From: a virus
DNA length: 64,000 bases
IMG/VR virus record: IMGVR_UViG_3300043137_000338
Direction: 5' to 3' (one strand)
In this document: positions 1-9,880 of the stretch, piece after piece
How positions within the stretch are numbered: the first letter of the stretch is position 1
How the letters are laid out: each line of letters opens with the position of its first letter
The notes under the pieces: generated by a model
Databases searched by the model: none
What the model was told of the DNA's origin: nothing
The model's input: the letters and a program-made list of their open reading frames with translations, nothing else
Translations under genes and position numbers: made by a program

Positions 1-88
1 AGGAACTTAAAGAATATACATATAAATTAAGAAACAATAAAATATCAAAAACTCGTAAAGAAAAAAGATATAATTACAATCAATATAC

Positions 89-1567
89 ATGATAAAAATA
101 GAAAAACTAGATGAAGTTTACGTTAGAGTTTTCTCTGACCCAAGCATAGAACAAGAACTATGCGACTTCTTTACATACGAATATCCTGGAGCCAAATTCA
201 CACCAAAGTTCAAAGCTAGGTTGTGGGATGGCAAAGTTCGCTTGTATGATGCGGTCAGAAAAACATTGTATGTAGGACTAACTTCATACGTCGAAGAATT
301 CGCGCAACGTAATGAGTACGAAGTGCGATACGAAACACCTATGGTTGTAGACAACGGCATCACAGAGAAGATGGTATCTGCTTATGCCAAATCCTTAGAT
401 CCACAGGGTCGCGGCAAACCTATCGAGATTAGAGACTATCAGATCGAAGCGGTGCAAACTGCACTCAATAAAGAACGCACGTTACTTCTTTCACCGACAG
501 CTTCTGGAAAGTCTTTCATCATCTATACCATTATGAGATGGCACACGCAAGCTGGGCGTAAGTGTATAATCATAGTGCCAACCACTTCTCTTGTTGAGCA
601 GTTGTATGCAGACTTTGAAGATTATTCATCAGCGAATCAATGGTCTGTGGCAAACAACTGCCAAAAACTTTACAGCGGATTCACTAAAGATTTCACGCGT
701 TCAGTTCTTATCACTACGTGGCAGTCCATTTATCTACAACCAAAAGCATGGTTCAAACAGTTCGATGTTATTTTCGGAGACGAAGCTCACCAGTTTAAAG
801 CCAAGTCGCTAATCGGCGTAATGGAAAAAATGGACAACATTCGGTATCGTGTTGGCACCACTGGCACCTTAGACAACAAGAAGATTCATCGTCTAGTTCT
901 TGAAGGTGTGTTCGGTAGAATGCATCGCGTCACTACCACCAAGGCACTGATGGACACCGGTAGATTGGTCCAGCTAAATATAACGTGTGTGATTCTTAAG
1001 TACAGCGAAGAAATTCGCAAAGCCAATAAAGCACTAACATACCAGGAAGAAATGGATTGGTTGGTCTCGAATCCAGAACGTAATAAATTTATACGCAATC
1101 TAGCTGTTAGCTCTAAAGGCAATACGCTAGTTCTATTCCAGTTTGTTGAGAAACATGGCAAAGTTCTGTATAAAGCTATACAGGATCGAGTTCATAAGAA
1201 CCGAAAAGTGTTCTTCGTACATGGTGGCACAGATACTGCGGACAGAGAAGCAATCAGACATATCACCGAAAGCGAAGAAGATGCTATCATTGTAGCTTCT
1301 TATGGAACTTTCTCAACAGGAATTAACATTCCATCTATACAAAATGTTATCTTTGCATCTCCAACCAAAAGTAAAATACGCAATCTGCAATCGATAGGGC
1401 GCGGTCTCCGTCTCAATAACGGTAAAACAACATGCAACCTATACGATCTTGCAGATAATCTTCAATGGAAGTCTCATAAAAATCACACACTAAATCACGC
1501 AGCAGAAAGATACAAGATCTATGCTGAAGAACAATTCGACATTAAGTTAGTGGAAGTAAATTTATGA
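89..1567 (+). CDS. uvsW: UvsW DNA/RNA helicase (SF2, DEAH box)
   Basis: Walker A SPTASGKS, DEAH motif FGDEAHQF; the C-terminus EEQFDIKLVEVNL parallels the T4 UvsW end KFNYVMKTVNL; length 492 aa against 503 aa in T4. Confidence 0.9.
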   Translation: MIKIEKLDEVYVRVFSDPSIEQELCDFFTYEYPGAKFTPKFKARLWDGKVRLYDAVRKTLYVGLTSYVEEFAQRNEYEVRYETPMVVDNGITEKMVSAYAKSLDPQGRGKPIEIRDYQIEAVQTALNKERTLLLSPTASGKSFIIYTIMRWHTQAGRKCIIIVPTTSLVEQLYADFEDYSSANQWSVANNCQKLYSGFTKDFTRSVLITTWQSIYLQPKAWFKQFDVIFGDEAHQFKAKSLIGVMEKMDNIRYRVGTTGTLDNKKIHRLVLEGVFGRMHRVTTTKALMDTGRLVQLNITCVILKYSEEIRKANKALTYQEEMDWLVSNPERNKFIRNLAVSSKGNTLVLFQFVEKHGKVLYKAIQDRVHKNRKVFFVHGGTDTADREAIRHITESEEDAIIVASYGTFSTGINIPSIQNVIFASPTKSKIRNLQSIGRGLRLNNGKTTCNLYDLADNLQWKSHKNHTLNHAAERYKIYAEEQFDIKLVEVNL

Positions 1568-2034
1568 TAGATGAAAACGATTTTTTCGTTGCTGTAAAAT
1601 TGATCTCTGGAGAGCACTTACTTGCAATTTTAGTAGACGAAGACGAGGATACCGTGCAATTAAAATATCCAGTCGTCGTTAAGATAACACACCAGATGAT
1701 AGACGATAAGGCAGTGGAGCAAATGACAGCTTCGCCATTATGTCCGTTCTCTGCAGATCCTAACTACTTCTTAGATAGGTATCACGTGATGTATGTGAAA
1801 GAGATGCATCAATTGATGGTCAGCAAGTACATCGCTCTAGTTAAGCCAGCAGAACGTGAAGCATCTGTTTACGAGAATGAAGACGGCGACCTAGAAGAAA
1901 ATCCTATGAGTCTTGAAGAGCTTAGGGATAAATTGAATCGTTTATCTGCTATGGTCGGACTTCCACCGTTAGATGAATTAGATAAAGAAGACTTAGACAA
2001 GTTCTTCATAGAGGGTAACAAAACACTTAATTGA
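1564..2034 (+). CDS. hypothetical protein, acidic C-terminus (uvsW.1-position ORF)
   Basis: ORF overlaps the uvsW stop by 4 nt (translational coupling); no recognisable motif. Confidence 0.5.
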   Translation: MIDENDFFVAVKLISGEHLLAILVDEDEDTVQLKYPVVVKITHQMIDDKAVEQMTASPLCPFSADPNYFLDRYHVMYVKEMHQLMVSKYIALVKPAEREASVYENEDGDLEENPMSLEELRDKLNRLSAMVGLPPLDELDKEDLDKFFIEGNKTLN

Positions 2035-2180
2035 TCACTCATCAAACCCAACATGGGTTATTTTACCCGGCAACCAAAAATAAAGCAAATAAATTTTCTT
2101 GCAACTCCAAGCAGAACATTATTTGCTTTATTTCATTGCATGAGGTATACTTACGTCTATGAACAATAAAAAGGGTTTAC

Positions 2181-2735
2181 ATGGCAGACTATGTTGATAA
2201 TGCTAAATTTTTAGCTGCAATTAAAGAACACAAAGAATTAATTAAGATCGCAGCTGAAACTGGGAAAGAACCTCCAATCATTAGCAATTATATTGGTGAG
2301 TGTATTCTAAAAATAGCCACGCATTTATCATATAAACCAAATTTTATTAATTACTCATATCGCGATGATATGATTCTTGATGGTGTAGAAAATTGCATAC
2401 AATATTTCAATAATTTTGACGCGGATAAGTATAGCAATCCATTTTCTTATTTCACGCAGATAATTTATTACGCCTTCTTGCGCAGGATTCAAAAAGAAAA
2501 GAAACATTCCTACATAAAGAATAAACTAATTCAAGAGATACCGTTTGATGTATTTGCACTACAAGATCAAGATGATATTGGTGATTATAAAAATATGTAT
2601 ATCGATTATATGCAAAGCAATACCTCATTCGATGATTCTTTCTTAACAAAGAAAAAGCCAGCCAAAGCTAAACCAAAAAATCCTTCTCTCAACGATTTTA
2701 TAGAGACTGATACTGATGAGTCAGAACAACAATGA
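2181..2735 (+). CDS. 55: late-transcription sigma factor gp55
   Basis: 184 aa; length and sequence pattern match T4 gp55 (185 aa), including ..NYIGECILKIA.. and ..YSNPFSYFTQIIYYAFLRRIQKEKK.. Confidence 0.8.
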   Translation: MADYVDNAKFLAAIKEHKELIKIAAETGKEPPIISNYIGECILKIATHLSYKPNFINYSYRDDMILDGVENCIQYFNNFDADKYSNPFSYFTQIIYYAFLRRIQKEKKHSYIKNKLIQEIPFDVFALQDQDDIGDYKNMYIDYMQSNTSFDDSFLTKKKPAKAKPKNPSLNDFIETDTDESEQQ

Positions 2736-3900
2736 ATGGGACCCAGTTAATTGGGTGAATCACGTGAATAATAAAAAACAAACCCGTTACGGTTCAAAAA
2801 AGCGAAAAGGTAAACCATCTAAAAAAACTGTAAAGAAATTTACATGGGATGCTCAAGACAATCAATTAAACCTACCACATATTATGCAAACTGAAAATAA
2901 AATCTTTCTTGGTGTTTCGGACTTTGATGATCTGATCACAACTCAAATTCTACAGCGTCGAGTATCTGCAGGTAAGCAGACTGTTCATCGTGAGACTACA
3001 GTTCTGTGTAACCGCGCACGCTGGTCTGAATGGTCTGAGAAACAATTTCAATCTTTCTTTTTTGTACAAGGCAGCGCATCTTCTGGATTCATCATCGAGG
3101 AAGACACTGATAACTATATCACGTACAGTGTGAATAACAACACGACGAGTGTTCGTTGTTTCGGTGATTTGGATTTCGCTGAGTGCATCTTGGATAAGGT
3201 TGAAAATTCTTTTGACATCGTCACCTCGCACATTGAGTGGATCTATTCCGCTGACGGCAACTCGGTCAACGTTCCGTTGAACCGCGAGCGTCTACCTGTT
3301 GCCGAAATGTATCCTTTCCTTAAGGGTGAGTCGCTGGAATCATATTACGAACGTTATATGGCTTCTTCTGCCAACATCCTTCTTTTGATTGGACCTCCTG
3401 GTACTGGCAAGACCACATTCATTCGTGGATTGCTTTCCCACACAGATTCCTCTGCAATGGTTACCTACGACGCAGCTATCCTCGAGAAGGACTATCTGTT
3501 TGCCCGGTTTATTGAAGATGACTGCGCTGTTATGGTTCTCGAAGACAGCGATGCTTTCTTGAAGTCTCGAAGCGATGGCAACACTATGATGCACCGTTTC
3601 CTGAACGTTGGTGATGGTCTGGTTACCACTAAAGGTAAGAAGCTGGTTTTCTCGACTAACCTTCCAAGTATTAATGACATCGACTCTGCTCTAGTTCGCC
3701 CAGGACGCTGCTTCGATGTTATCTCTTTTGACACACTGAACGTTCAAGAAGCTCAAGCCCTGGCAGACAAGTTGAACGTTAAGCTGCCAGTTCGCCCAAG
3801 AGGTAGTGAAACTAAAAATTATTCTATCGCTGAAGTGTTCAATGAACAGACTGTTAATGCAAATAATGCAGCATCTAGAAGGAAGGTTGGGTTCGTTTAA
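2716..3900 (+). CDS. AAA+ ATPase with basic N-terminal tail (function unassigned)
   Basis: Walker A LLIGPPGTGKTT, Walker B VMVLEDSD, arginine finger region VRPGRCFD; occupies the T4 a-gt position between 55 and 47. Confidence 0.6.
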   Translation: MSQNNNEWDPVNWVNHVNNKKQTRYGSKKRKGKPSKKTVKKFTWDAQDNQLNLPHIMQTENKIFLGVSDFDDLITTQILQRRVSAGKQTVHRETTVLCNRARWSEWSEKQFQSFFFVQGSASSGFIIEEDTDNYITYSVNNNTTSVRCFGDLDFAECILDKVENSFDIVTSHIEWIYSADGNSVNVPLNRERLPVAEMYPFLKGESLESYYERYMASSANILLLIGPPGTGKTTFIRGLLSHTDSSAMVTYDAAILEKDYLFARFIEDDCAVMVLEDSDAFLKSRSDGNTMMHRFLNVGDGLVTTKGKKLVFSTNLPSINDIDSALVRPGRCFDVISFDTLNVQEAQALADKLNVKLPVRPRGSETKNYSIAEVFNEQTVNANNAASRRKVGFV

Positions 3901-3965
3901 TTATTATAACCTCGACACTTATTTGAAAAACTAAATTCCCTAAATAAGTGTAGGAGGATATTAAA

Positions 3966-4658
3966 ATGCACATACTTTACATGATTACTTATTTACCACA
4001 CATCGGAACGAGTTACCCGAAATATTATATAGGTTCAAAATATGACTATAAGGGTAACTACTACGGTTCTGTAGACTCTAAACAAATATATGAATACACC
4101 TGCGGTAAATCTTTAAGAGACTGGTGGAAAGAACAAAAACGAAATCCAGAAAATTTTAAATTTGAAATTTTAGCTGAATATAAAGATTTAACTGCTATAC
4201 AGTTGGTTGAGCATGAGCGAGACTTACACATAAAAATGGATGTTCTTTCTGATCAATATTTTAATCATAGTATAGCAACTAAAGGATTTTGTTCAAGGAA
4301 GCGTAGTTTAGAAACTAAAAAAATTGTTTCTAATAAAACCAAACAATATTGGAATTCAGAAGATGGTCTATTAAAGAAAAAGAGATTGTCTGAAAGAAAT
4401 AAAAATTTTCAATCAAATTGGATGTTAGAAAAATGGAAAAATCCTTCAGACGCTATGCTCAATAGATTAGTTCATGGAAGACCCAAAGGATCTAAAGACT
4501 TATCACAGAGAACACCCAGAACTAATATAAAAAAAGTTAAATGTGGTGACGTTTTATATAATGACGCATTTGAAGCTAGTTGCGCTGTAGGAGTACATCC
4601 AGTTTCTATCAGACGTTGGTGTAAAAATAAAATAAATGATTGGAGTTATGTTGAATAA
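3966..4658 (+). CDS. GIY-YIG homing endonuclease (Seg-like)
   Basis: N-terminal YMITYL..KYYIGSK GIY-YIG motif; C-terminal basic/HTH-like tail; inserted between the AAA ATPase and gene 47. Confidence 0.7.
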   Translation: MHILYMITYLPHIGTSYPKYYIGSKYDYKGNYYGSVDSKQIYEYTCGKSLRDWWKEQKRNPENFKFEILAEYKDLTAIQLVEHERDLHIKMDVLSDQYFNHSIATKGFCSRKRSLETKKIVSNKTKQYWNSEDGLLKKKRLSERNKNFQSNWMLEKWKNPSDAMLNRLVHGRPKGSKDLSQRTPRTNIKKVKCGDVLYNDAFEASCAVGVHPVSIRRWCKNKINDWSYVE

Positions 4659-5709
4659 AGTAGCTATAATAACTGATACACACTGGGGCGCCCGCAATGA
4701 CAGCCTAGTTTTTATTGATTTTTTTGATAAATTTTATACTAATATTTTTATACCATTATTAGATGAGCATGAAATAAATACAGTATTAATGTTAGGTGAT
4801 ACATTCGATAGAAGAAAATATACTAATCATATATCTCTACATCATGCAAAAAGAATCTTTTTTGATCCATTGGAAGAACGTGGAATTAATATCCATATGA
4901 TTGTTGGTAATCATGATACCACATACAAGAATACCAATGAAGTTAACTCTCCTGACTTGTTACTACAAGAGTACGGAAACATTAACGTCATATCTAATCC
5001 GGAAACCATCTACATTGATGGCATTCCTATTTGTATGGTTCCTTGGATATGCTCTGACAACTATCAAACAAGTATTGATGTTATGCGAGACACCAAAGCC
5101 GAATTGTGTATGGGGCATTTTGAAATCGCAGGATTTTCTATGTATAGAGGTATGGAATCACATGGTGGACTTTCTAAAGAAATTTTTGATAAATTCGACC
5201 TGGTTTTCTCTGGGCATTATCATCACCGCAACAATAACGGGCATATTCACTATCTCGGGAATCCTTACGAACTCACGTGGCAGGACTATAATGATCCCCG
5301 AGGATTCCACTTGTTTGACCTCGATACAAGAGAGCTCCAGTTTATACAGAATTATTATACAATGTTCCAAAGAATCGAGTATGACGACAAAGATACCGAG
5401 CCAGTCGATCTAGATGCTCTCGATCTAAAGGGTATGTACATTCGCCTCATTGTCGCGAACAAGACAGACTATTATAAATTTGATAAGTTCGTTCAGAAAC
5501 TGTATAATAAGGGATGTAACGAAATAAAGATCATTGAAGATCTTTCTGAATTCGTAGAAGGTGATGTTGGTGAAGAGATTGATCTAGAAGATACTCTATC
5601 TGTTTTGTCGAACTTCATTGATTCTATTGAAACTGATTCTGATAAAGAAGAAATCAAAACTTTTATGAAATCTCTTTACACGGAAGCTATTAATGCGGAG
5701 GTAGTTTGA
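4636..5709 (+). CDS. 47: recombination endonuclease subunit gp47 (Mre11/SbcD-like)
   Basis: Phosphoesterase motifs DTHWG, GDTFD, GNHD and GHYHH; followed by gene 46 as in T4. Confidence 0.88.
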   Translation: MIGVMLNKVAIITDTHWGARNDSLVFIDFFDKFYTNIFIPLLDEHEINTVLMLGDTFDRRKYTNHISLHHAKRIFFDPLEERGINIHMIVGNHDTTYKNTNEVNSPDLLLQEYGNINVISNPETIYIDGIPICMVPWICSDNYQTSIDVMRDTKAELCMGHFEIAGFSMYRGMESHGGLSKEIFDKFDLVFSGHYHHRNNNGHIHYLGNPYELTWQDYNDPRGFHLFDLDTRELQFIQNYYTMFQRIEYDDKDTEPVDLDALDLKGMYIRLIVANKTDYYKFDKFVQKLYNKGCNEIKIIEDLSEFVEGDVGEEIDLEDTLSVLSNFIDSIETDSDKEEIKTFMKSLYTEAINAEVV

Positions 5710-7424
5710 TCACGTTTAAATGTATAGAGTGGATGAATTTTTTATCCACAGGCAACTCTCCCAACAAAGTTTTACTTGACCGTTCTACCACTACTCTTAT
5801 CATCGGTAAGAATGGTGAGGGAAAGAGCACGATTTTAGATGCTCTCTGTTTTGCCTTGTTCGGTAAACCTTTCCGTAACATCAATAAAGGGCAGCTGGTA
5901 AATTCTATCAATGGTAAAAAGTGTCTCGTTACCATTGACTTTGAGATCAACGGTAAAGAATACCAAGTGATCCGCGGCATCAAACCAAATATCTTTGAAA
6001 TCAAAATTGATGGTGTCGTCTTGAACCAGGAAGCTGCTTCTCGTGACTATCAAAAAGTTCTTGAGCAACAAATTCTTCGTTTGAACTATAAGACGTTCAC
6101 TCAAGTCGTTATCTTGGGTAGCGCATCGTTCGTTCCCTTCATGCAATTATCTTCACATCAACGTCGTGAAGTGATTGAGGATATTTTAGATATCCGTATT
6201 TTTTCTGTCATGAATCAGCTTTTAAAGGAAAAATCAATTGAAACGAAATCTGAAATTGAGAGGACCGCACAAGAGATTGACGTCGCGAAGACTAAAGTTG
6301 ATGGACAGAATATTCTCATTAAAACTATTGCAGCTGCCAAGTCAGAAGTTATTGAATCTTTATTATCTAAAATCAAAGATAATAACGAACAAATACTCTC
6401 CAGCGAAAGTGCGGTGGCTGCAACACTTGCTGAGATTACCACACTCCAATCACAGACTCAGGTCAAGAGTAAAATTGATAGTGAACTTAAAAAAGCGACT
6501 GGGATTAAATCTAAAGTCTCTTCCCAACTCGAGCAGTTCGAAGATCAAACTCAATTCTTCAATGAGAATTCAGTATGCCCGTCCTGCACGCAAGGCATTC
6601 CACACACTCATAAAGAAACCATTATCAGTGAGTTGACTACTAAGGTTGCTGTCGAGAACAAACGATTAGCTGATCTTGAAGAAATCCTGAACAAGTTAAA
6701 CGCTGATTTATTGAATGTCAATGAGTTGTTAAAGCAAATAACAGATAAAAATATTACCGTTTCTACATATAATGCCAACATTTCTATGTTGAATAAGATG
6801 AACAAATCTCTTCAAGATGAACTGAATCTCCACAAAGAAGATACTACAAATATTGACGAAGAGAAGCGTAAGTTAAAAGAACTGGCTGCTGATGCCATGT
6901 CTAAAATAAAGTATAAATCTATATTGGCTGAGAAGCGAGATCTAGAAGAAGTTGCTTCTGTTCTCTTAAAGGATAATGGTATTAAGACTGCTATCATTAG
7001 AGAGTATCTTCCTGTTATGAATAAGTTGATCAACAAGTATTTAAACGCGATGGATACTTATATTCACTTTGAATTAGACGAATCTTTTAACGAAAGTATT
7101 AAGTCCAGATTCCGTGATGATTTTACTTATGCTTCCTTTTCGGAAGGTGAGAAAATGAGAATTGATTTAGCAATTCTATTTACTTGGCGTCAAATTGCTA
7201 AGATGAAGAACTCGGTTAATACTAATCTGTTGTTGCTTGATGAGATTTTTGATTCTTCTTTAGACACGGCAGGCACTGATTACTTTGTTAATCTTATGGA
7301 TCAATTTGGTGATAAAACTAATATCTTTGTTATTAGCCATAAAGGTGACCAGTTATTTGATAAGTTTAGATCAACTATTCGATTCGAAAAGCGCAACGAT
7401 TTTTCTGTGATCGCTTCCCCATGA
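5706..7424 (+). CDS. 46: recombination endonuclease subunit gp46 (Rad50/SbcC-like ATPase)
   Basis: Walker A GKNGEGKST, long coiled-coil, central CPSC zinc hook, ABC signature FSEGEKMRIDLA, D-loop LLLDE. Confidence 0.88.
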   Translation: MITFKCIEWMNFLSTGNSPNKVLLDRSTTTLIIGKNGEGKSTILDALCFALFGKPFRNINKGQLVNSINGKKCLVTIDFEINGKEYQVIRGIKPNIFEIKIDGVVLNQEAASRDYQKVLEQQILRLNYKTFTQVVILGSASFVPFMQLSSHQRREVIEDILDIRIFSVMNQLLKEKSIETKSEIERTAQEIDVAKTKVDGQNILIKTIAAAKSEVIESLLSKIKDNNEQILSSESAVAATLAEITTLQSQTQVKSKIDSELKKATGIKSKVSSQLEQFEDQTQFFNENSVCPSCTQGIPHTHKETIISELTTKVAVENKRLADLEEILNKLNADLLNVNELLKQITDKNITVSTYNANISMLNKMNKSLQDELNLHKEDTTNIDEEKRKLKELAADAMSKIKYKSILAEKRDLEEVASVLLKDNGIKTAIIREYLPVMNKLINKYLNAMDTYIHFELDESFNESIKSRFRDDFTYASFSEGEKMRIDLAILFTWRQIAKMKNSVNTNLLLLDEIFDSSLDTAGTDYFVNLMDQFGDKTNIFVISHKGDQLFDKFRSTIRFEKRNDFSVIASP

Positions 7425-7443
7425 CCCTACAGACCGTAGGGTC
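7425..7443 (+). terminator. conserved hairpin GACCCTACAGACCGTAGGGTC followed by a T-run (cassette copy 1)
   Basis: Perfect inverted repeat CCCTAC/GTAGGG followed by TTTTTG; the same hairpin family recurs at least 8 times in the window. Confidence 0.6.
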
Positions 7444-7455
7444 TTTTTGTTCTTA

Positions 7456-7486
7456 GCTTTACTTTTATTCACATCTACAGTATAAT
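7456..7486 (+). promoter_or_regulatory. early sigma70-type promoter (GCTTTACTTTTATTCA..N..TATAAT)
   Basis: -35 TTTACT 7458-7463 and -10 TATAAT 7481-7486, 17-nt spacer; member of the conserved promoter family. Confidence 0.6.
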
Positions 7487-7513
7487 AACTGTATGAACTT
7501 AGGAAAGCTAAAC

Positions 7514-7687
7514 ATGTGGAACGACTTCTCTGACTTTGAGCTCGCTGAACTGGCAGTCTCATACAACTTGCACGACTACGTGAATTTTGGGTCAGACCGT
7601 AGGATCACCAACCGTGTCTACCTCGAGACTCTCATCGAAGAGCACGAGTATTGTCTTGCCTTTAATTCAGACCTGGAGTATACTTGA
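7514..7687 (+). CDS. small hypothetical protein
   Basis: ATG at 7514 preceded by AGGAAAG; an alternative ATG at 7493 would sit at the predicted transcription start (leaderless). Confidence 0.4.
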   Translation: MWNDFSDFELAELAVSYNLHDYVNFGSDRRITNRVYLETLIEEHEYCLAFNSDLEYT

Positions 7688-7690
7688 GCC

Positions 7691-9787
7691 ATGAAACAAA
7701 ACACCTTTGATCTGTCAGCCAAGCTGCTGGCTACCGAGAACATCTCCGTTGTTCGTGCGCCAACTTCCACCGCGTCCTTCGACATTAAGAATCGGACGTT
7801 GACGCTTCCTAATTGGAAAGACACCACGCCGGAGATTGAGTCGATGTTGATCGGACATGAGGTCGGTCACGCTCTGTTCACTGATGTCTCCTACATCAAA
7901 CCCATTAAAGAAAATCCTGCGCTTATGTCGTACATGAACATCCTAGAAGATGTTCGTGTAGAAAAACTGATCAAGCGACTCTATCCGGGTATTCGTAAAA
8001 CGATGACTGAGGGATATCGCCAACTGAATCAGCGAGATTTCTTTGGAATTAAATCTGCGAAGAATCTGAATACCCTGCTTCTGATTGACAAACTCAATCT
8101 TTACTTTAAGGTTGGTTTTGATTGCGGAGTCACGTTCACACCTAAAGAAAAGCAATTCGTTAACCGAGCAGAAAACACCGAGACCATCGACGATATCATC
8201 TCCTTGGCTAACGAGATTAGGGAGTACTCTAAGCATAAGAATGATGCAGATAAACGGGAATTCGATGACGAATTCAGTGGTGATGATTCAGACTACTTCG
8301 ATGATGAAGACGAAGATGATACCGATGAAGAATTCGGTAGCTCTTCTTCCTATGATGATGACGAAGATGATGAAGACGAGTACGATGATGATTCTGATCG
8401 GAAGTCGTCAAGGTCTATTCGCAAACCGAAAATTGAGGAAGAAGATCTGGAAGCCAAGACTGCAGATGCTTTCGATAAAAAACTGGCTTCCTTGGCAGAT
8501 TCTTCTGTTCGGTATACGTATTATGAGTTGGAGTCTCAATATAAAGAAGACCCGATCGTTGGATACAAAACCATCCTGAATGAGACTAAGGAAGTTGATG
8601 AGTATGTGGATTCGATGTATATCTCACAGTTTAAGCAGGAGACTGATCGAGTTGTGAGTTATCTCGTGAAAGAATTCGAGATGCGTAAATCTGCCACGTT
8701 GTACAAACGAGCTCAGACTTCGAAGTCTGGTTCTTTGGATATGGGCAAGGTTTGGTCGTATAAGTTGAACGACGATTTGTTCAAACGTGTCACCACTATT
8801 CCTGCTGGCAAGAACCATGGTATGGTTTTCCTTCTGGATTGGTCTGGTTCTATGATTGATGTTATTCAAGACACTATCAAACAGGTGATTAATCTGGCGA
8901 TGTTTTGCCAGCGTGCCAACATTCCGTATCAGGTGTTTGCATTCACTAGCTATTATAAAGGAGATAATATCTATAAGCCATATTCTCCTGATTCGCTAGC
9001 AGACAAACAAGTGATTTGCAATAATTCTGGCACTTTCAATCTGCTAGAGTTGTTCTCTGATAAAATGTCCTCTGCTGATTTCAATACTATGATTCGTCGG
9101 ACGTTGACTACCTATTCCTTTTTCCGTCAGAAACAGGGCGGATATAGTTTGGGAGGAACTCCTTTGAATGAGGCATTGGTCTATATGTATAATTATATCG
9201 ACAAATTTATCAAGAATCGAAACATCGAGAAAATGACTCTGATCACTCTGACTGATGGAGAGGGTGGAGAGTTGTATTCTAATAAAGGTCGCCTCCAACC
9301 TAACGGATGGGAGCAGGATTCTTTTGGTAGGCATGTTTATTTCAAGAATAAACATTTCGTTCGTGATATTTACACGAAAAAGAATTATGAATTTTCATCT
9401 AACGAAACTGTGCAAACCTGCTCTATTTTGAATATGATTAAGGACCGATACCGAATTAATGTTGTGGGTTTTTACATCTGCAACAATAATTCGGGTGTGA
9501 TTCGAAACGCCATCAACAATAATATTCCAGAGTTTCGTGCTGATATGACGCAAACTATTGTTGACATTCGTAAAGAATTCAAAGAGTTTGGTTATGCATC
9601 TTTGACAAATGCTGGTCGTGACGAATTGTTTTTGGTTCCTGCGAGCTCGACTAAAATTAATGACGGTGAAATTAAAGCTGCTTCTGATATGTCTGCCGCT
9701 GCAATCGCTAGGAATTTCTCGAAATTTATGGGAAATAAAAAGACTTCTCGTGTGCTGCTGAACAAGTTCATCGGGTACGTCGCCTGA
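7691..9787 (+). CDS. von Willebrand factor A domain protein with acidic linker (CobT-like partner of the following AAA ATPase)
   Basis: MIDAS-like DWSGSM, zinc-metallopeptidase-like HEVGHALF near the N-terminus, extreme D/E-rich segment near 8290-8400; immediately followed by a MoxR/CobS-type AAA ATPase. Confidence 0.6.
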   Translation: MKQNTFDLSAKLLATENISVVRAPTSTASFDIKNRTLTLPNWKDTTPEIESMLIGHEVGHALFTDVSYIKPIKENPALMSYMNILEDVRVEKLIKRLYPGIRKTMTEGYRQLNQRDFFGIKSAKNLNTLLLIDKLNLYFKVGFDCGVTFTPKEKQFVNRAENTETIDDIISLANEIREYSKHKNDADKREFDDEFSGDDSDYFDDEDEDDTDEEFGSSSSYDDDEDDEDEYDDDSDRKSSRSIRKPKIEEEDLEAKTADAFDKKLASLADSSVRYTYYELESQYKEDPIVGYKTILNETKEVDEYVDSMYISQFKQETDRVVSYLVKEFEMRKSATLYKRAQTSKSGSLDMGKVWSYKLNDDLFKRVTTIPAGKNHGMVFLLDWSGSMIDVIQDTIKQVINLAMFCQRANIPYQVFAFTSYYKGDNIYKPYSPDSLADKQVICNNSGTFNLLELFSDKMSSADFNTMIRRTLTTYSFFRQKQGGYSLGGTPLNEALVYMYNYIDKFIKNRNIEKMTLITLTDGEGGELYSNKGRLQPNGWEQDSFGRHVYFKNKHFVRDIYTKKNYEFSSNETVQTCSILNMIKDRYRINVVGFYICNNNSGVIRNAINNNIPEFRADMTQTIVDIRKEFKEFGYASLTNAGRDELFLVPASSTKINDGEIKAASDMSAAAIARNFSKFMGNKKTSRVLLNKFIGYVA

Positions 9788-9791
9788 GCGA

Positions 9792-9817
9792 GAAGACCCT
9801 ACAAGGTGTAGGGCTTC
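9792..9817 (+). terminator. hairpin GAAGACCCTACAAGGTGTAGGGCTTC (cassette copy 2)
   Basis: Inverted repeat immediately downstream of the vWA ORF stop. Confidence 0.55.
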
Positions 9818-9826
9818 TTGCATTGC

Positions 9827-9855
9827 TTGACTTTAATTCAGTGTCGCGGTATAAT
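9827..9855 (+). promoter_or_regulatory. early promoter TTGACTTTAATTCA..N..TATAAT
   Basis: -35 TTGACT 9827-9832, -10 TATAAT 9850-9855, 17-nt spacer. Confidence 0.65.
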
Positions 9856-9880
9856 AAGTTTTTACAAGATGGAGTGTGTG

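Noticed and set aside
2716-3900. Assigning the AAA+ ATPase after gene 55 to a named T4 protein (gp59 loader, a-gt or Sak4-like)
   Set aside because: Only generic Walker A/B and arginine-finger motifs are visible; no family-specific signature could be recalled, so it is reported as an unassigned AAA+ ATPase.
4901-5413. 170-aa ORF in an alternative frame inside gene 47
   Set aside because: The gene 47 frame has every Mre11 phosphoesterase motif; the overlapping frame has none.
9818-9880. Track start of the AAA ATPase ORF at 9818
   Set aside because: It begins inside the terminator/promoter cassette upstream of the -10 element; ATG 9881 with a GGAG spacer is the credible start.
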